Assembly (NCBI GenBank): GCA_964506605.1 | Contig: CAZDNQ010000001.1 | Coordinates: 1 to 33,855 of the forward strand | Origin: an uncultured Victivallis sp. | Lineage (GTDB): Bacteria > Verrucomicrobiota > Lentisphaeria > Victivallales > GWF2-50-93 | Length of the DNA stretch: 33,855 bases | Direction: 5' to 3' | Part shown: in pieces, positions 9,075-17,550 of the stretch | How positions within the stretch are numbered: the first letter of the stretch is position 1 | Layout: each line of letters starts with the position of its first letter | The notes under the pieces: model-generated | The model's database searches: none | Told to the model about the DNA's origin: nothing | Seen by the model: only the letters and a program-made list of their open reading frames with translations | Translations under genes and position numbers: made by a program

Positions 9075-10016
9075 TCAGGACTTCGTCCATTTGGCGGCAG
9101 TCTTCAGATCATCGAGGAAGACCGGCTGCATCCAGGCCCAGACTCCTGCGGTGCTCGCAATCCTGGCCCTGACATACAGTTCGTCGCCTTTGAACTTATA
9201 GACAGCCTTGTCTCCATGGGTCCTCTGGAGCTCCCCGCCGTCGCGTCCGAAGAACTGGATGACCAGCTTCTCCTTGCATATCGGATAAATGGAGATCCTT
9301 ATCTCCTTTTCCGTGACCCTGTATCCGCTGACAACTATCCCTGTTGACGCGTAGAAACGCCCGTTCCTGATTGCATCAACCACGTTTTTCGCAGTGAGAG
9401 ATGAGACTTTTACGACGTTATAACCGAGAGCGGCATGAGGCGAGCGGTTTGTCGAAGGATTGTAATATTCATGGGCGTCGTCGTTCGCAAGCCCGAAATA
9501 CCGGTGGCCGGTGCTGAGGAGCCTGTCCCACATGTCCTCGAGCGGCTGATATCCGGGAATCGGAAAACTGTTGCAGTCGGGCGATGCGTTGCATATTTCA
9601 AAGTGCCGGCATTTTTTCAGCTTCGAAACCACATCATAGCCGAAGGCCCAGTGCCAGCCGGGATGGCAGATGACAGGCACTCCTCCGGCCTTTAGCGTCT
9701 TGTCGACCCCTTCCTGGAGAATTTCCTGGGGAGAAAGCTTGTCCGGATTGTATCCTTTCTGACCTCCGGGACGGACCTCCTCCTTCACTCCGACGGCGAC
9801 AACATGGCAATATTTCGAGGAAGTATATTCGCAGCATGGAACTCCAAGAATCCCTGCCGGAGCAGCCCAGTCCTCGAGCGGCGTATATTGGTTGTGGTCT
9901 GAAAGCCCCAGAAAATCATGCCCTATGAACTTGTAGAACTTGGCGACATGCTCGGGAGTGGCCTTGCCGTCGCTCCTGCAGCTGTGGCAGTGTAGATTCC
10001 CCTTGTACCAAGGCAT
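9075..10016 (-). CDS. PHP-domain (CehA/McbA-like) metallohydrolase
   Basis: 313 aa with an N-terminal GNLHCHSCRSDG and GLSDHN (PHP His motifs), followed by a beta-rich C-terminal domain. Its stop lies 3 nt from the convergent amidohydrolase stop. Confidence 0.7.
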   Translation of the reverse strand: MPWYKGNLHCHSCRSDGKATPEHVAKFYKFIGHDFLGLSDHNQYTPLEDWAAPAGILGVPCCEYTSSKYCHVVAVGVKEEVRPGGQKGYNPDKLSPQEILQEGVDKTLKAGGVPVICHPGWHWAFGYDVVSKLKKCRHFEICNASPDCNSFPIPGYQPLEDMWDRLLSTGHRYFGLANDDAHEYYNPSTNRSPHAALGYNVVKVSSLTAKNVVDAIRNGRFYASTGIVVSGYRVTEKEIRISIYPICKEKLVIQFFGRDGGELQRTHGDKAVYKFKGDELYVRARIASTAGVWAWMQPVFLDDLKTAAKWTKS

Positions 10017-10052
10017 TGTTTCCTTTCTTAAATTTCTTGCCGGGCAAAAAAT

Positions 10053-11138
10053 TTATTTATATGTTCCGATCTTCAAACCTTCATCAACGAAGAAGCGGTA
10101 TGTCTCATATTTGCAGTCCGTCGGGATCGAATGATCTGAATGGAGTATGTATCCTGAACCCTTCATCACTGTCGGAATTTTCTGCTGGAGCTCCTTCCTT
10201 ATCGCGTCCTTGTCGTTGGCTACCAGGTTCCTCGCGTCCATTCCGCCGCAGAAGGCGATCTTGTGCCCGAAATTCCTCTTCAGCCTCAGCAGATCCATGC
10301 CGGCCTTTATCTCGATTACCTGCAGGCAGTCAATGCCCGCCTCGATGAGTCCGGGGACAAGAGGTTCGACAAATCCGCAGGAATGCACTATCACTGGAAG
10401 CCCGAGCGAGTGGGCATAGTCGAACGTCTTCTTATGCGCCGGCTGGACCATCTCACCATACATTTCCGGCGACATGAAGGGCCGTTCCTTGAATCCCATG
10501 TCCTCGTAGAACCAGATGCCGTCCGGCTTCCCGCATTCGGCGAAGAGGATTTCCATCAACCTAAGGTTGAGATCTGAAAGAGTGTCCGTCATGTCCTTGA
10601 TCCAGTCCGGATCGAGGGCCATTCCCATGAGCATGTATTCATGGCCGCATATCGGATGCATCTGTTCGAAGACATTTATCCCCGACCAGCAGAAGAATCG
10701 ATTGGCTTTTGCGGCAGCTTCCTTGGCCTGCCTGTATCCGTCGAAGTTGATCCTGCGCCTGTCGGTTTTCAGGAGATGGGGCTTGATCAGCTCCTCCCAG
10801 CCGGCGCGGTCCTTCACGGTAAAATCGACGTGTTCCGGAGTGGCGTTGTGGAGCTTGTGGCGGCGGAGGATCGCGTAGTTGCCATCCTTTTCGAGCTTCG
10901 TCTCGGCATCCTCCTCGATCACTTCATTCTTGAAGTCGAGGTTTGCGACATAGCTGAACGCCCAGCATCCGGACATGTCAAACCCGAAATGTGTGGCGAG
11001 ATCCTCGCCCGCCTTGATATGTCCCTGTTCCGTCCAGACCTTCTGCGTGTCTCCCCAGAAATGCTCGTAGAGTCCGATACGGTCGACAGGTTTCCTCTTG
11101 AGAATATTTGAGATCCTCTCCTTACCGGTCATAGGCAT
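10053..11138 (-). CDS. Uroporphyrinogen-decarboxylase (URO-D) family protein (MtaA/CmuA-like fold)
   Basis: 361 aa. N-terminal GKERISNILKRKPVDRIG and C-terminal HSCG / GYILHSDHSIP are typical of URO-D-family proteins found in accessory catabolic loci. Confidence 0.7.
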   Translation of the reverse strand: MPMTGKERISNILKRKPVDRIGLYEHFWGDTQKVWTEQGHIKAGEDLATHFGFDMSGCWAFSYVANLDFKNEVIEEDAETKLEKDGNYAILRRHKLHNATPEHVDFTVKDRAGWEELIKPHLLKTDRRRINFDGYRQAKEAAAKANRFFCWSGINVFEQMHPICGHEYMLMGMALDPDWIKDMTDTLSDLNLRLMEILFAECGKPDGIWFYEDMGFKERPFMSPEMYGEMVQPAHKKTFDYAHSLGLPVIVHSCGFVEPLVPGLIEAGIDCLQVIEIKAGMDLLRLKRNFGHKIAFCGGMDARNLVANDKDAIRKELQQKIPTVMKGSGYILHSDHSIPTDCKYETYRFFVDEGLKIGTYK

Positions 11139-11236
11139 GGCAAATCCCCTTTATTTTGTTGGAGCCGGTAATATACAGCATCCTCAGGGTATTTCATTTC
11201 CAGAAGTGTTTTTCCGCGCGCGAACTCCGGACGGCA

Positions 11237-13573
11237 CTACTTGGCGGAATGCCAGACGAGTACCTGTCCCGGATAAAGCGAAACAGCCTGATCTTTTTTA
11301 ACCTTCTCTCCCGTAAGATAATTTTCCAGATTGTCCGTCTTCAGATTGATCTTAACTTCCATGGCATCGGTCATCCCGGTATTGATTATAGCATACCAGG
11401 TTCCATCCTTTGGCGTTGGGATCTCTCGCACAACGACCTGAGGATTGGATGATGCTTCTGCGACCAGCTTGCTTGGCAATGCCGGGAGTGCGAGGAATGC
11501 CTGGTTGAAAGCCCTGACATATTCCGGAAAACCCCTCTGGAAGCTGTTGGCCGTCATATAGCCGATGAAGCGCGGATCTCCGTTCGCCAGCGCCCTGGCC
11601 TCGGCCAGCATGCTTAAGGAACCGGCCTCCTCGAAGTCGCACACGAAGTACCCAAGAGGCCTGCTCTTCCCTTCGCCGAAGCAGTTTTCATTCAGAGGAT
11701 AATGCCTGATCATGGCAAGTCCGTCCGGAGTGCGGAAGGATTCCATCGCCTTTGCATCCGATACGGAATATTGCCTGTTGAACGCCATGCTGAGCATGAC
11801 TCCCGGCGTCTTTGAATACAGATCTGGATCCAGCCTGGGAATCGAATGCTGCCACTCCCAGCCGCCCCACGTGCCCTGTTCGCCGGTCAGCCCTGCCCAT
11901 CCCAGACGCCTTGAAAGGACCTCTTCGGGGGAAAAAGTCTTTTCACCGGGAAAACGCGACGGATCATCTGTGACGATGCGGCCATCGGAGATGACCCGGC
12001 CCGGCTCGGTCGGATCTCCGGTGAAGATGAGCACGGCTTCAGGCCCTGCAACCTCGGGTTTGCGCAGGTAGTCCCGTATGGCGATGAAGAAATTGCGGCG
12101 CTGGCCCAGCCACCAGCTGATGTAGTCCTGGTAGAGCTTCTTATCCTTCTTCAGATCGTCGCGGGAGGGGACCTTCGGCAGTTTCGACTGTTCTGCAAAG
12201 AGCTTGCGGCATCTGTCGGAGAAGCTGATTGGCATACCGCTGTTCCTCGGACGGATCCAGGCGCCGAGGAAATGCGCCTTCTTCGATTCATCGGCGATGG
12301 TTATTTCGAGCATCTTGCGGAGATCCTCCACCGTATCAGGATCAGTCACATCCGCATTCGCCTTCTCGCTCCAGTTTATATGTGTATAGTCGTCACGTCC
12401 TTTCGGCCCCTTTCTGGCCTGTGCGAGCGTCTCGCAGCGCCTCTGGCTTCCAAGGGCCAGCTTGCCTCCGTTGCTGCCGCAGTATTCATACATCGGCAGA
12501 ATGTTCAAACTGTTTTTGCCTGCAAGTTCCACAAGCTGGTTCCATAACTGCGGAAAATTGGTCTGATACACCCAGTCATTGCTGCCATACTTGGAGGAAT
12601 CCCATCCCTGGTTGTGTCCGAACTCCAGGAGATCCTTGGAGAAAGTATCCATGCCCAGGAACTTCATAAGCCTCATCTTTGCGGCATACCAGTCCGTCAT
12701 GCGCGCACGTTCGAACGCAGGATTCTTTTCATCGGCGGCGACTCCGTCCGACATCTCCTCGCGCCAGAAAAGATGCCTCTGGGGAAGCCCGGCAGGCGGA
12801 TGTTTCAAGGAAAGTTCAAGGACCTTTGGATCCAGAATCGCGTATAGGCGTATGCTTTTCACCGCAATACCTTGTGATACCGGATCATTCGCATATTTGT
12901 AATGCGACAGCACCACATCAAATCCGTTTTCAGGTGCAAGGCTCCGCTTTTCGATCCCGATCCCGCCATAATGAGGATGAAGTTCGAACACGCATGTCCA
13001 TGTGCGGTACTGGCCTGAGAGCGGATAGGCCAGCGATTCCGGATTCCCGAAGACGTAAGGCATTTTCAGCGCATCGCCCACTGACGCACCTGTATGGAAT
13101 CCGCGCCTGGTCTCGTTTCCTGCGTTCCAGATTGCCATGCTGCGCGGCGCATCCTCCGGATACTCGATTTGCAGGACGTACTGGACTCCCGCCTTCAGCC
13201 CCTTCCCCTCGCCAATCCTCACAGCTACATACCTGTCAGGCGAATCCGGCTTGTTCGGCAGAGTCAGACAGCTCTTCCCGAAGATTTCCGTCCGTTCCAT
13301 GATCTTGCTGTCCGGATAGATCTTAAACTGGTGCCCGGGATCCGCAGCACCAAGATCAACCTCGTCCACAAGTGGAAGTTTTTGGATATCGAACGGAAGC
13401 TGGGGTAACTGGATCGTCCGAGCCGCCGGCTGAGGTGCAGGAACAGCCGCCGGCCTTGAAGGCTGGATGTCCTGCTGCTGTCCGACAACCTGATCTCCAG
13501 TTTCCTGCATCTTCTGGCATGAGACCATCGATATGACGGCAAGCCCGATCCACATACAATCTAATCTTCTCAT
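11237..13573 (-). CDS. Large secreted lipoprotein of unknown function (possible beta-sandwich plus TIM-barrel glycoside-hydrolase-like organisation)
   Basis: 778-aa ORF with a lipoprotein-type signal (..AVISMVSC), a Pro/Gln-rich linker and an AAGGAAA RBS 8 nt upstream. It sits 26 nt downstream of the pilin-like gene. I recognise no catalytic motif. Confidence 0.8.
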   Translation of the reverse strand: MRRLDCMWIGLAVISMVSCQKMQETGDQVVGQQQDIQPSRPAAVPAPQPAARTIQLPQLPFDIQKLPLVDEVDLGAADPGHQFKIYPDSKIMERTEIFGKSCLTLPNKPDSPDRYVAVRIGEGKGLKAGVQYVLQIEYPEDAPRSMAIWNAGNETRRGFHTGASVGDALKMPYVFGNPESLAYPLSGQYRTWTCVFELHPHYGGIGIEKRSLAPENGFDVVLSHYKYANDPVSQGIAVKSIRLYAILDPKVLELSLKHPPAGLPQRHLFWREEMSDGVAADEKNPAFERARMTDWYAAKMRLMKFLGMDTFSKDLLEFGHNQGWDSSKYGSNDWVYQTNFPQLWNQLVELAGKNSLNILPMYEYCGSNGGKLALGSQRRCETLAQARKGPKGRDDYTHINWSEKANADVTDPDTVEDLRKMLEITIADESKKAHFLGAWIRPRNSGMPISFSDRCRKLFAEQSKLPKVPSRDDLKKDKKLYQDYISWWLGQRRNFFIAIRDYLRKPEVAGPEAVLIFTGDPTEPGRVISDGRIVTDDPSRFPGEKTFSPEEVLSRRLGWAGLTGEQGTWGGWEWQHSIPRLDPDLYSKTPGVMLSMAFNRQYSVSDAKAMESFRTPDGLAMIRHYPLNENCFGEGKSRPLGYFVCDFEEAGSLSMLAEARALANGDPRFIGYMTANSFQRGFPEYVRAFNQAFLALPALPSKLVAEASSNPQVVVREIPTPKDGTWYAIINTGMTDAMEVKINLKTDNLENYLTGEKVKKDQAVSLYPGQVLVWHSAK

Positions 13574-13599
13574 GATTTTCCTTTATATTAAGTAAGCTT

Positions 13600-14424
13600 C
13601 TAATATTCATCCAGACATGTCTCATATGGCTTCAGCCATGATATGGCATTCGTCTGCTTCCACCACCAGGTGCTTGTATATGGATCTATATCAAGGTTCT
13701 GCCAGACATTCGCCCTGTATTTTTTTGACATCAGAATATAACCATGACCGTCAAGAAAAACTGTCGGACGGGGGCCTGTCCATCCATGGAAGCTTGACGC
13801 GGGGCCGTTCCAGTCGTCCGACGAACCGAACTGGGTATCATCGGGATTGAAAGATCTTCCCCGGGAGCAGAAATACAGGGGATTCCTGTCTGGCTTCGTA
13901 TAATGTATCACTTTCAAGGAGATCGACTTGTCCCCGTCCCAGTACACCCTGGTACTTGTATATGAGTTGAGCTCCATGTTCCCGGTAGTATCGCCATGCT
14001 TGTATCGGGTTCCGCCCCATGAAGGCCAGCTGTTTGTGGTCTTGAACACGGACATGTTAGAGCTCGGGCAGAGGAATATCCCGCCGATCACGTTGTTCGG
14101 ATCGCCGGTATAGCCCACATATTGTCCGATCATCTGCTCCATCCTGATACCGCGGCCTCCATCCCAGACCCAGGATCCTGGCGGGCAAGGCCTGTAGTTA
14201 TTGTTGTCCTCGGCATAGTTGAGCTGCGCAAGGCCTATCTGCTTGAGATTTGAAAGGCAGGACATGCGTCTCGCCTGCTCCTTAGCGTTCTGGAGCGCAG
14301 GCAGGAGCAGCGCAGCCAGTATTGCGATGATCGCAATCACCACTAGCAATTCAATCAGCGTGAATGCATTTTTGACTCCAGATCCCATGTCATCCATCCT
14401 TTTGCCTTGCATATGATATTTCAT
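13600..14424 (-). CDS. Prepilin-type N-terminal cleavage/methylation domain protein, DUF1559 (H-X9-DG) type
   Basis: It has the [25 protein letters not shown] class III signal, then a [13 protein letters not shown] region typical of DUF1559 proteins. The true start may be an internal Met (for example 14388, MGSGVKNA|FTLIE), which gives a normal short leader. Confidence 0.85.
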   Translation of the reverse strand: MKYHMQGKRMDDMGSGVKNAFTLIELLVVIAIIAILAALLLPALQNAKEQARRMSCLSNLKQIGLAQLNYAEDNNNYRPCPPGSWVWDGGRGIRMEQMIGQYVGYTGDPNNVIGGIFLCPSSNMSVFKTTNSWPSWGGTRYKHGDTTGNMELNSYTSTRVYWDGDKSISLKVIHYTKPDRNPLYFCSRGRSFNPDDTQFGSSDDWNGPASSFHGWTGPRPTVFLDGHGYILMSKKYRANVWQNLDIDPYTSTWWWKQTNAISWLKPYETCLDEY

Positions 14425-14499
14425 GCTCTATTATATAAATATTCAATTCCAATATCTATATGCAAGTCAGAAAACAGGATATCAGTTCTTGCTATTTAA

Positions 14500-14527
14500 T
14501 TGACAATTCATGCTATTAAAGTATAAG
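14500..14527 (+). promoter_or_regulatory. Candidate sigma70-type promoter for the AraC gene (TTGACA-N16-TATAAG)
   Basis: TTGACA lies at 14500-14505 and TATAAG at 14522-14527. The ATG at 14510 lies inside the spacer, which argues for the downstream start at 14585. Confidence 0.35.
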
Positions 14528-14584
14528 GACATCTCCTATTTCTCGGAGCTTTTCTCCTTCCTGAAGCCAGGAGGCGGAGAGGAT

Positions 14585-15418
14585 ATGCCGCTGCCGGCGA
14601 TGCTGCTTTCATGCGGGCACAGCAAGTCCTCGCAGTATCCAAACTACATGTGCGACGGACAGCATACGGCCTTCATGCCTTTTGCCGTCTGGCAGTACAC
14701 CCTGGCCGGCGAAGGCGTCCTGGATTTCGAGGACAGGAAGGGCATCCCCCTGTCATCTGGGACCCTGATGCTCCTCACCGCCCCGCACAGGTACCGCTAT
14801 TATCCCGCCAGCAGATCCGGAGAGTGGGATTTCCTGTTCGTCTGCATGAACGGTGATGCTGCCCTGGGCTTCTGCCGGGAGCTGGCATCCTTCTACGGAC
14901 CTGTGAACCGGGTCTCGGAAAGGTCTTCATCAGTTGCATCAGCCCGCAGGATACTTTCCGAAGCCCACAGGAGGAAGATCAATTCCAGATGGACCGCATC
15001 CATGCTGGCCTACGAACTGATGATGAATACAGCCAGGGATCTTTCAGCGTGCGCTCCGGGACGTTCATATCCGTCTTTCATCAAAAAGGCGATCGAGCAT
15101 TGCACCTCACATGCGGACCAGCCTCTTTCAGTAGGGGATCTGGCGAAGGCGTCCGGCTTCAGCCAGTACCACTTCGTCCGCCAGTTCAAAAGGAATGTAG
15201 GAATCCCACCGAGCGAATATATCCGTGAATTCCGGCTCTCCCGCGCCCGCCATCTCCTGCAGATGAGCACAGCAAGAGTCAAGGAGATATCTGACATCTG
15301 CGGATTTGCAAGCCCAGCCCATTTTTCCAGGACTTTCCGGACCAAGTTCGGGATATCGCCCGGCAGAATCCGCAAGACCGGGGGCCGACCCATGGCTCCT
15401 CCTGAAATCCATGAATGA
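14585..15418 (+). CDS. AraC-family transcriptional regulator (cupin-like sensor domain plus HTH_18)
   Basis: The C-terminus shows dual AraC HTH motifs (LSVGDLAKASGFSQYHFVRQFKR..GIPPSEYIREFRL..A..LL...V.EI...CGF.S.AHFSRTFR..FG.SPG). The ATG at 14585 has AGGAGG 10 nt upstream. The longest ORF starts at 14510. Confidence 0.9.
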   Translation: MPLPAMLLSCGHSKSSQYPNYMCDGQHTAFMPFAVWQYTLAGEGVLDFEDRKGIPLSSGTLMLLTAPHRYRYYPASRSGEWDFLFVCMNGDAALGFCRELASFYGPVNRVSERSSSVASARRILSEAHRRKINSRWTASMLAYELMMNTARDLSACAPGRSYPSFIKKAIEHCTSHADQPLSVGDLAKASGFSQYHFVRQFKRNVGIPPSEYIREFRLSRARHLLQMSTARVKEISDICGFASPAHFSRTFRTKFGISPGRIRKTGGRPMAPPEIHE

Positions 15419-15517
15419 ATAATTTTTGTCCATTCATCGGGCATCTGCTGGACAATAACATCTGGAAGCTGAATATTACGGTTTTGCAAAACCAGGAAAA
15501 CAGGAAGTTACAGACCT

Positions 15518-17497
15518 ATGTCTTGGCCTGCCAGGATCACAGCTGTTCTTATCGGACTTGTATGCGCCTGCGTCATATGGGTGTTCCAGCCGATAAACAA
15601 TTTCCTTCTCAATAATTCCTATATCGCCGACAACTACATCCCCGAGCTTGGAATGGGGATGATCGCGATGCTTGTATTGTGCGCCAACCCGCTGCTCCGC
15701 CGTTTTGCGCCGAAGTTCGCCCTCAGCTTCCACCAGCTCGCGCTGGTGTTCGGCATAATACTGGTCTCATGTTCGGTGTGCCAGTTCATGAGGATATTCC
15801 CGCATGCGTTCGCCAGGGTGAACCGCGACGCGATACGGGAGAAGGTGCTGAACGACATCCACAGGAGCATGAACCTGCCTTCAATACTATATATAGACAA
15901 GATCACCGGCAAGGAGGCAGATGCAACCGGCCCCTTCCTGGAAAAGTCGGAGGCGGTGAAGGACATACCGTGGTCCGCATGGGTAGGCCCTGCATTTGTC
16001 TGGGGCATAATGGCGTTCTCGTGCTTCCTGATGATGTGCGGCATGGCGCTGATACTTTTCCCGCAGTGGCGTGACAATGAAAGGCTCTCCTTCCCCCTCC
16101 TTACAGTCCAGCAGTCCCTGATCGAGGATCCGGAAAAGGGAAGGCTTTTCCCGCCGATATTCACGAACAGGATATTCTGGTTCGGCTTCGGACTGGTCTT
16201 CATAATCCACGCAATGAACGGACTCAACCACCACACAGGGCAGCTGATCCCGACTTTCCCCCTCAAATGGAACCTCTGGAATGCTTTCTCGCAGGGGATG
16301 TGGGGCTATATGGACTGGTACGTGAAGTCAGGCTCCATACTTTTCATAATGGTGGGAATCACCTATTTCATGCCCAACAGGGTCGGATTCTCCCTCTGGT
16401 TCACCATGATCCTGCTCCAGATCTACAAGATGATCGGCTATGAATATTTCGCGCCTTTCTTCCCTGCGTCCGTCGATGAAAACAGGAACGGGGCGACATA
16501 CGGGGTGGCGCTGGTGATCCTATGGCTGGGGCGCAAGCATTGGATGACGGTGTTCAAGTCCATGTTCCGCAGGGCGGATACCGATGAGGACGTCAGGAAC
16601 AGGACTGCCGGATGGATATTCAGCTCGGGGCTGATCGTGCTCCTCTCCTGGGAGATCTGGGCCGGAATCCCGCTACTCTGGTCCCTTGTCTTCATAGGTG
16701 TATTCTTCGTGACAAGCCTGATCATGGCGAGGGTCGTCGCAGAGACAGGATTCCCGTTCATCGCGAACTACACCACGATCCTCACCCTGCTTTATGCGGT
16801 CCCGATAAAATTCCTTACCGCCAAGATCATCTTCTTCGGCGGAATATTCGATTTCATAGTCGGTCCGGGAACATCGCGCACCTCAGCAACCGTCTATTTC
16901 CTCCATGCGTTCGGACTGAACAAGGACAACAAGCCCCGCCAGACAGCGAGCCTCGGGAAATGGCTGCTCGGCGTGATATTGGCCGGATGCATCGTGATGG
17001 GCGCAGTCCATCTCTGGCTGGGCTACACCTACAGGGGCTCGGTCGATGGAGACAAATGTCCGATCTCATGGTGGGGCAGCATGAACGGGAACTGGGGAGT
17101 GCACGATCCGATGAAGGCATATGAAAGGGGCTCATGGAACAATACCATACCCTATAACCAGCCCCTGCACCTGGCCGCCGGATTCATCCTTGGGGCGGGG
17201 CTCCAGATCATGTGCCTCGTCTCGCCGAACTGGCCGCTGCACCCGATAGGCCTGCTCATGATGAACGGCTGGTTCCTGGGGATGTCATGGTTCAGCATAT
17301 TCCTCGGCTGGACGTTGAAAAACCTGATCACCGGATATGGCGGGGCGCGCGCATACCGGCTCGCAAAACCGCTGTTCCTTGGATTCATCCTCGGCGAGGT
17401 GTTCTCGGCGATTCTCTGGGCGCTTGTCCCGGTAATCATAATCGCCCTAGGAGGAAATCCCACGGAGACCGGACATATCGTGATCGTCCCGCAGTAG
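15518..17497 (+). CDS. 659-aa polytopic membrane protein, paralogue 1 (distant OPT-like / DUF6785-DUF6784-like, tentative)
   Basis: It has at least 12 hydrophobic helices, a QWRDNERLSFPL motif after an early helix pair and a C-terminal WPLHPIG..GYGGARAYR..KPLFLGFILGE. AGGAAG lies 10 nt upstream of the ATG. Confidence 0.85.
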   Translation: MSWPARITAVLIGLVCACVIWVFQPINNFLLNNSYIADNYIPELGMGMIAMLVLCANPLLRRFAPKFALSFHQLALVFGIILVSCSVCQFMRIFPHAFARVNRDAIREKVLNDIHRSMNLPSILYIDKITGKEADATGPFLEKSEAVKDIPWSAWVGPAFVWGIMAFSCFLMMCGMALILFPQWRDNERLSFPLLTVQQSLIEDPEKGRLFPPIFTNRIFWFGFGLVFIIHAMNGLNHHTGQLIPTFPLKWNLWNAFSQGMWGYMDWYVKSGSILFIMVGITYFMPNRVGFSLWFTMILLQIYKMIGYEYFAPFFPASVDENRNGATYGVALVILWLGRKHWMTVFKSMFRRADTDEDVRNRTAGWIFSSGLIVLLSWEIWAGIPLLWSLVFIGVFFVTSLIMARVVAETGFPFIANYTTILTLLYAVPIKFLTAKIIFFGGIFDFIVGPGTSRTSATVYFLHAFGLNKDNKPRQTASLGKWLLGVILAGCIVMGAVHLWLGYTYRGSVDGDKCPISWWGSMNGNWGVHDPMKAYERGSWNNTIPYNQPLHLAAGFILGAGLQIMCLVSPNWPLHPIGLLMMNGWFLGMSWFSIFLGWTLKNLITGYGGARAYRLAKPLFLGFILGEVFSAILWALVPVIIIALGGNPTETGHIVIVPQ

Positions 17498-17550
17498 ATA
17501 TTTATTGATTTGAAGATTGGATGACTTGGCGATTTGATGGATAACAAAAC

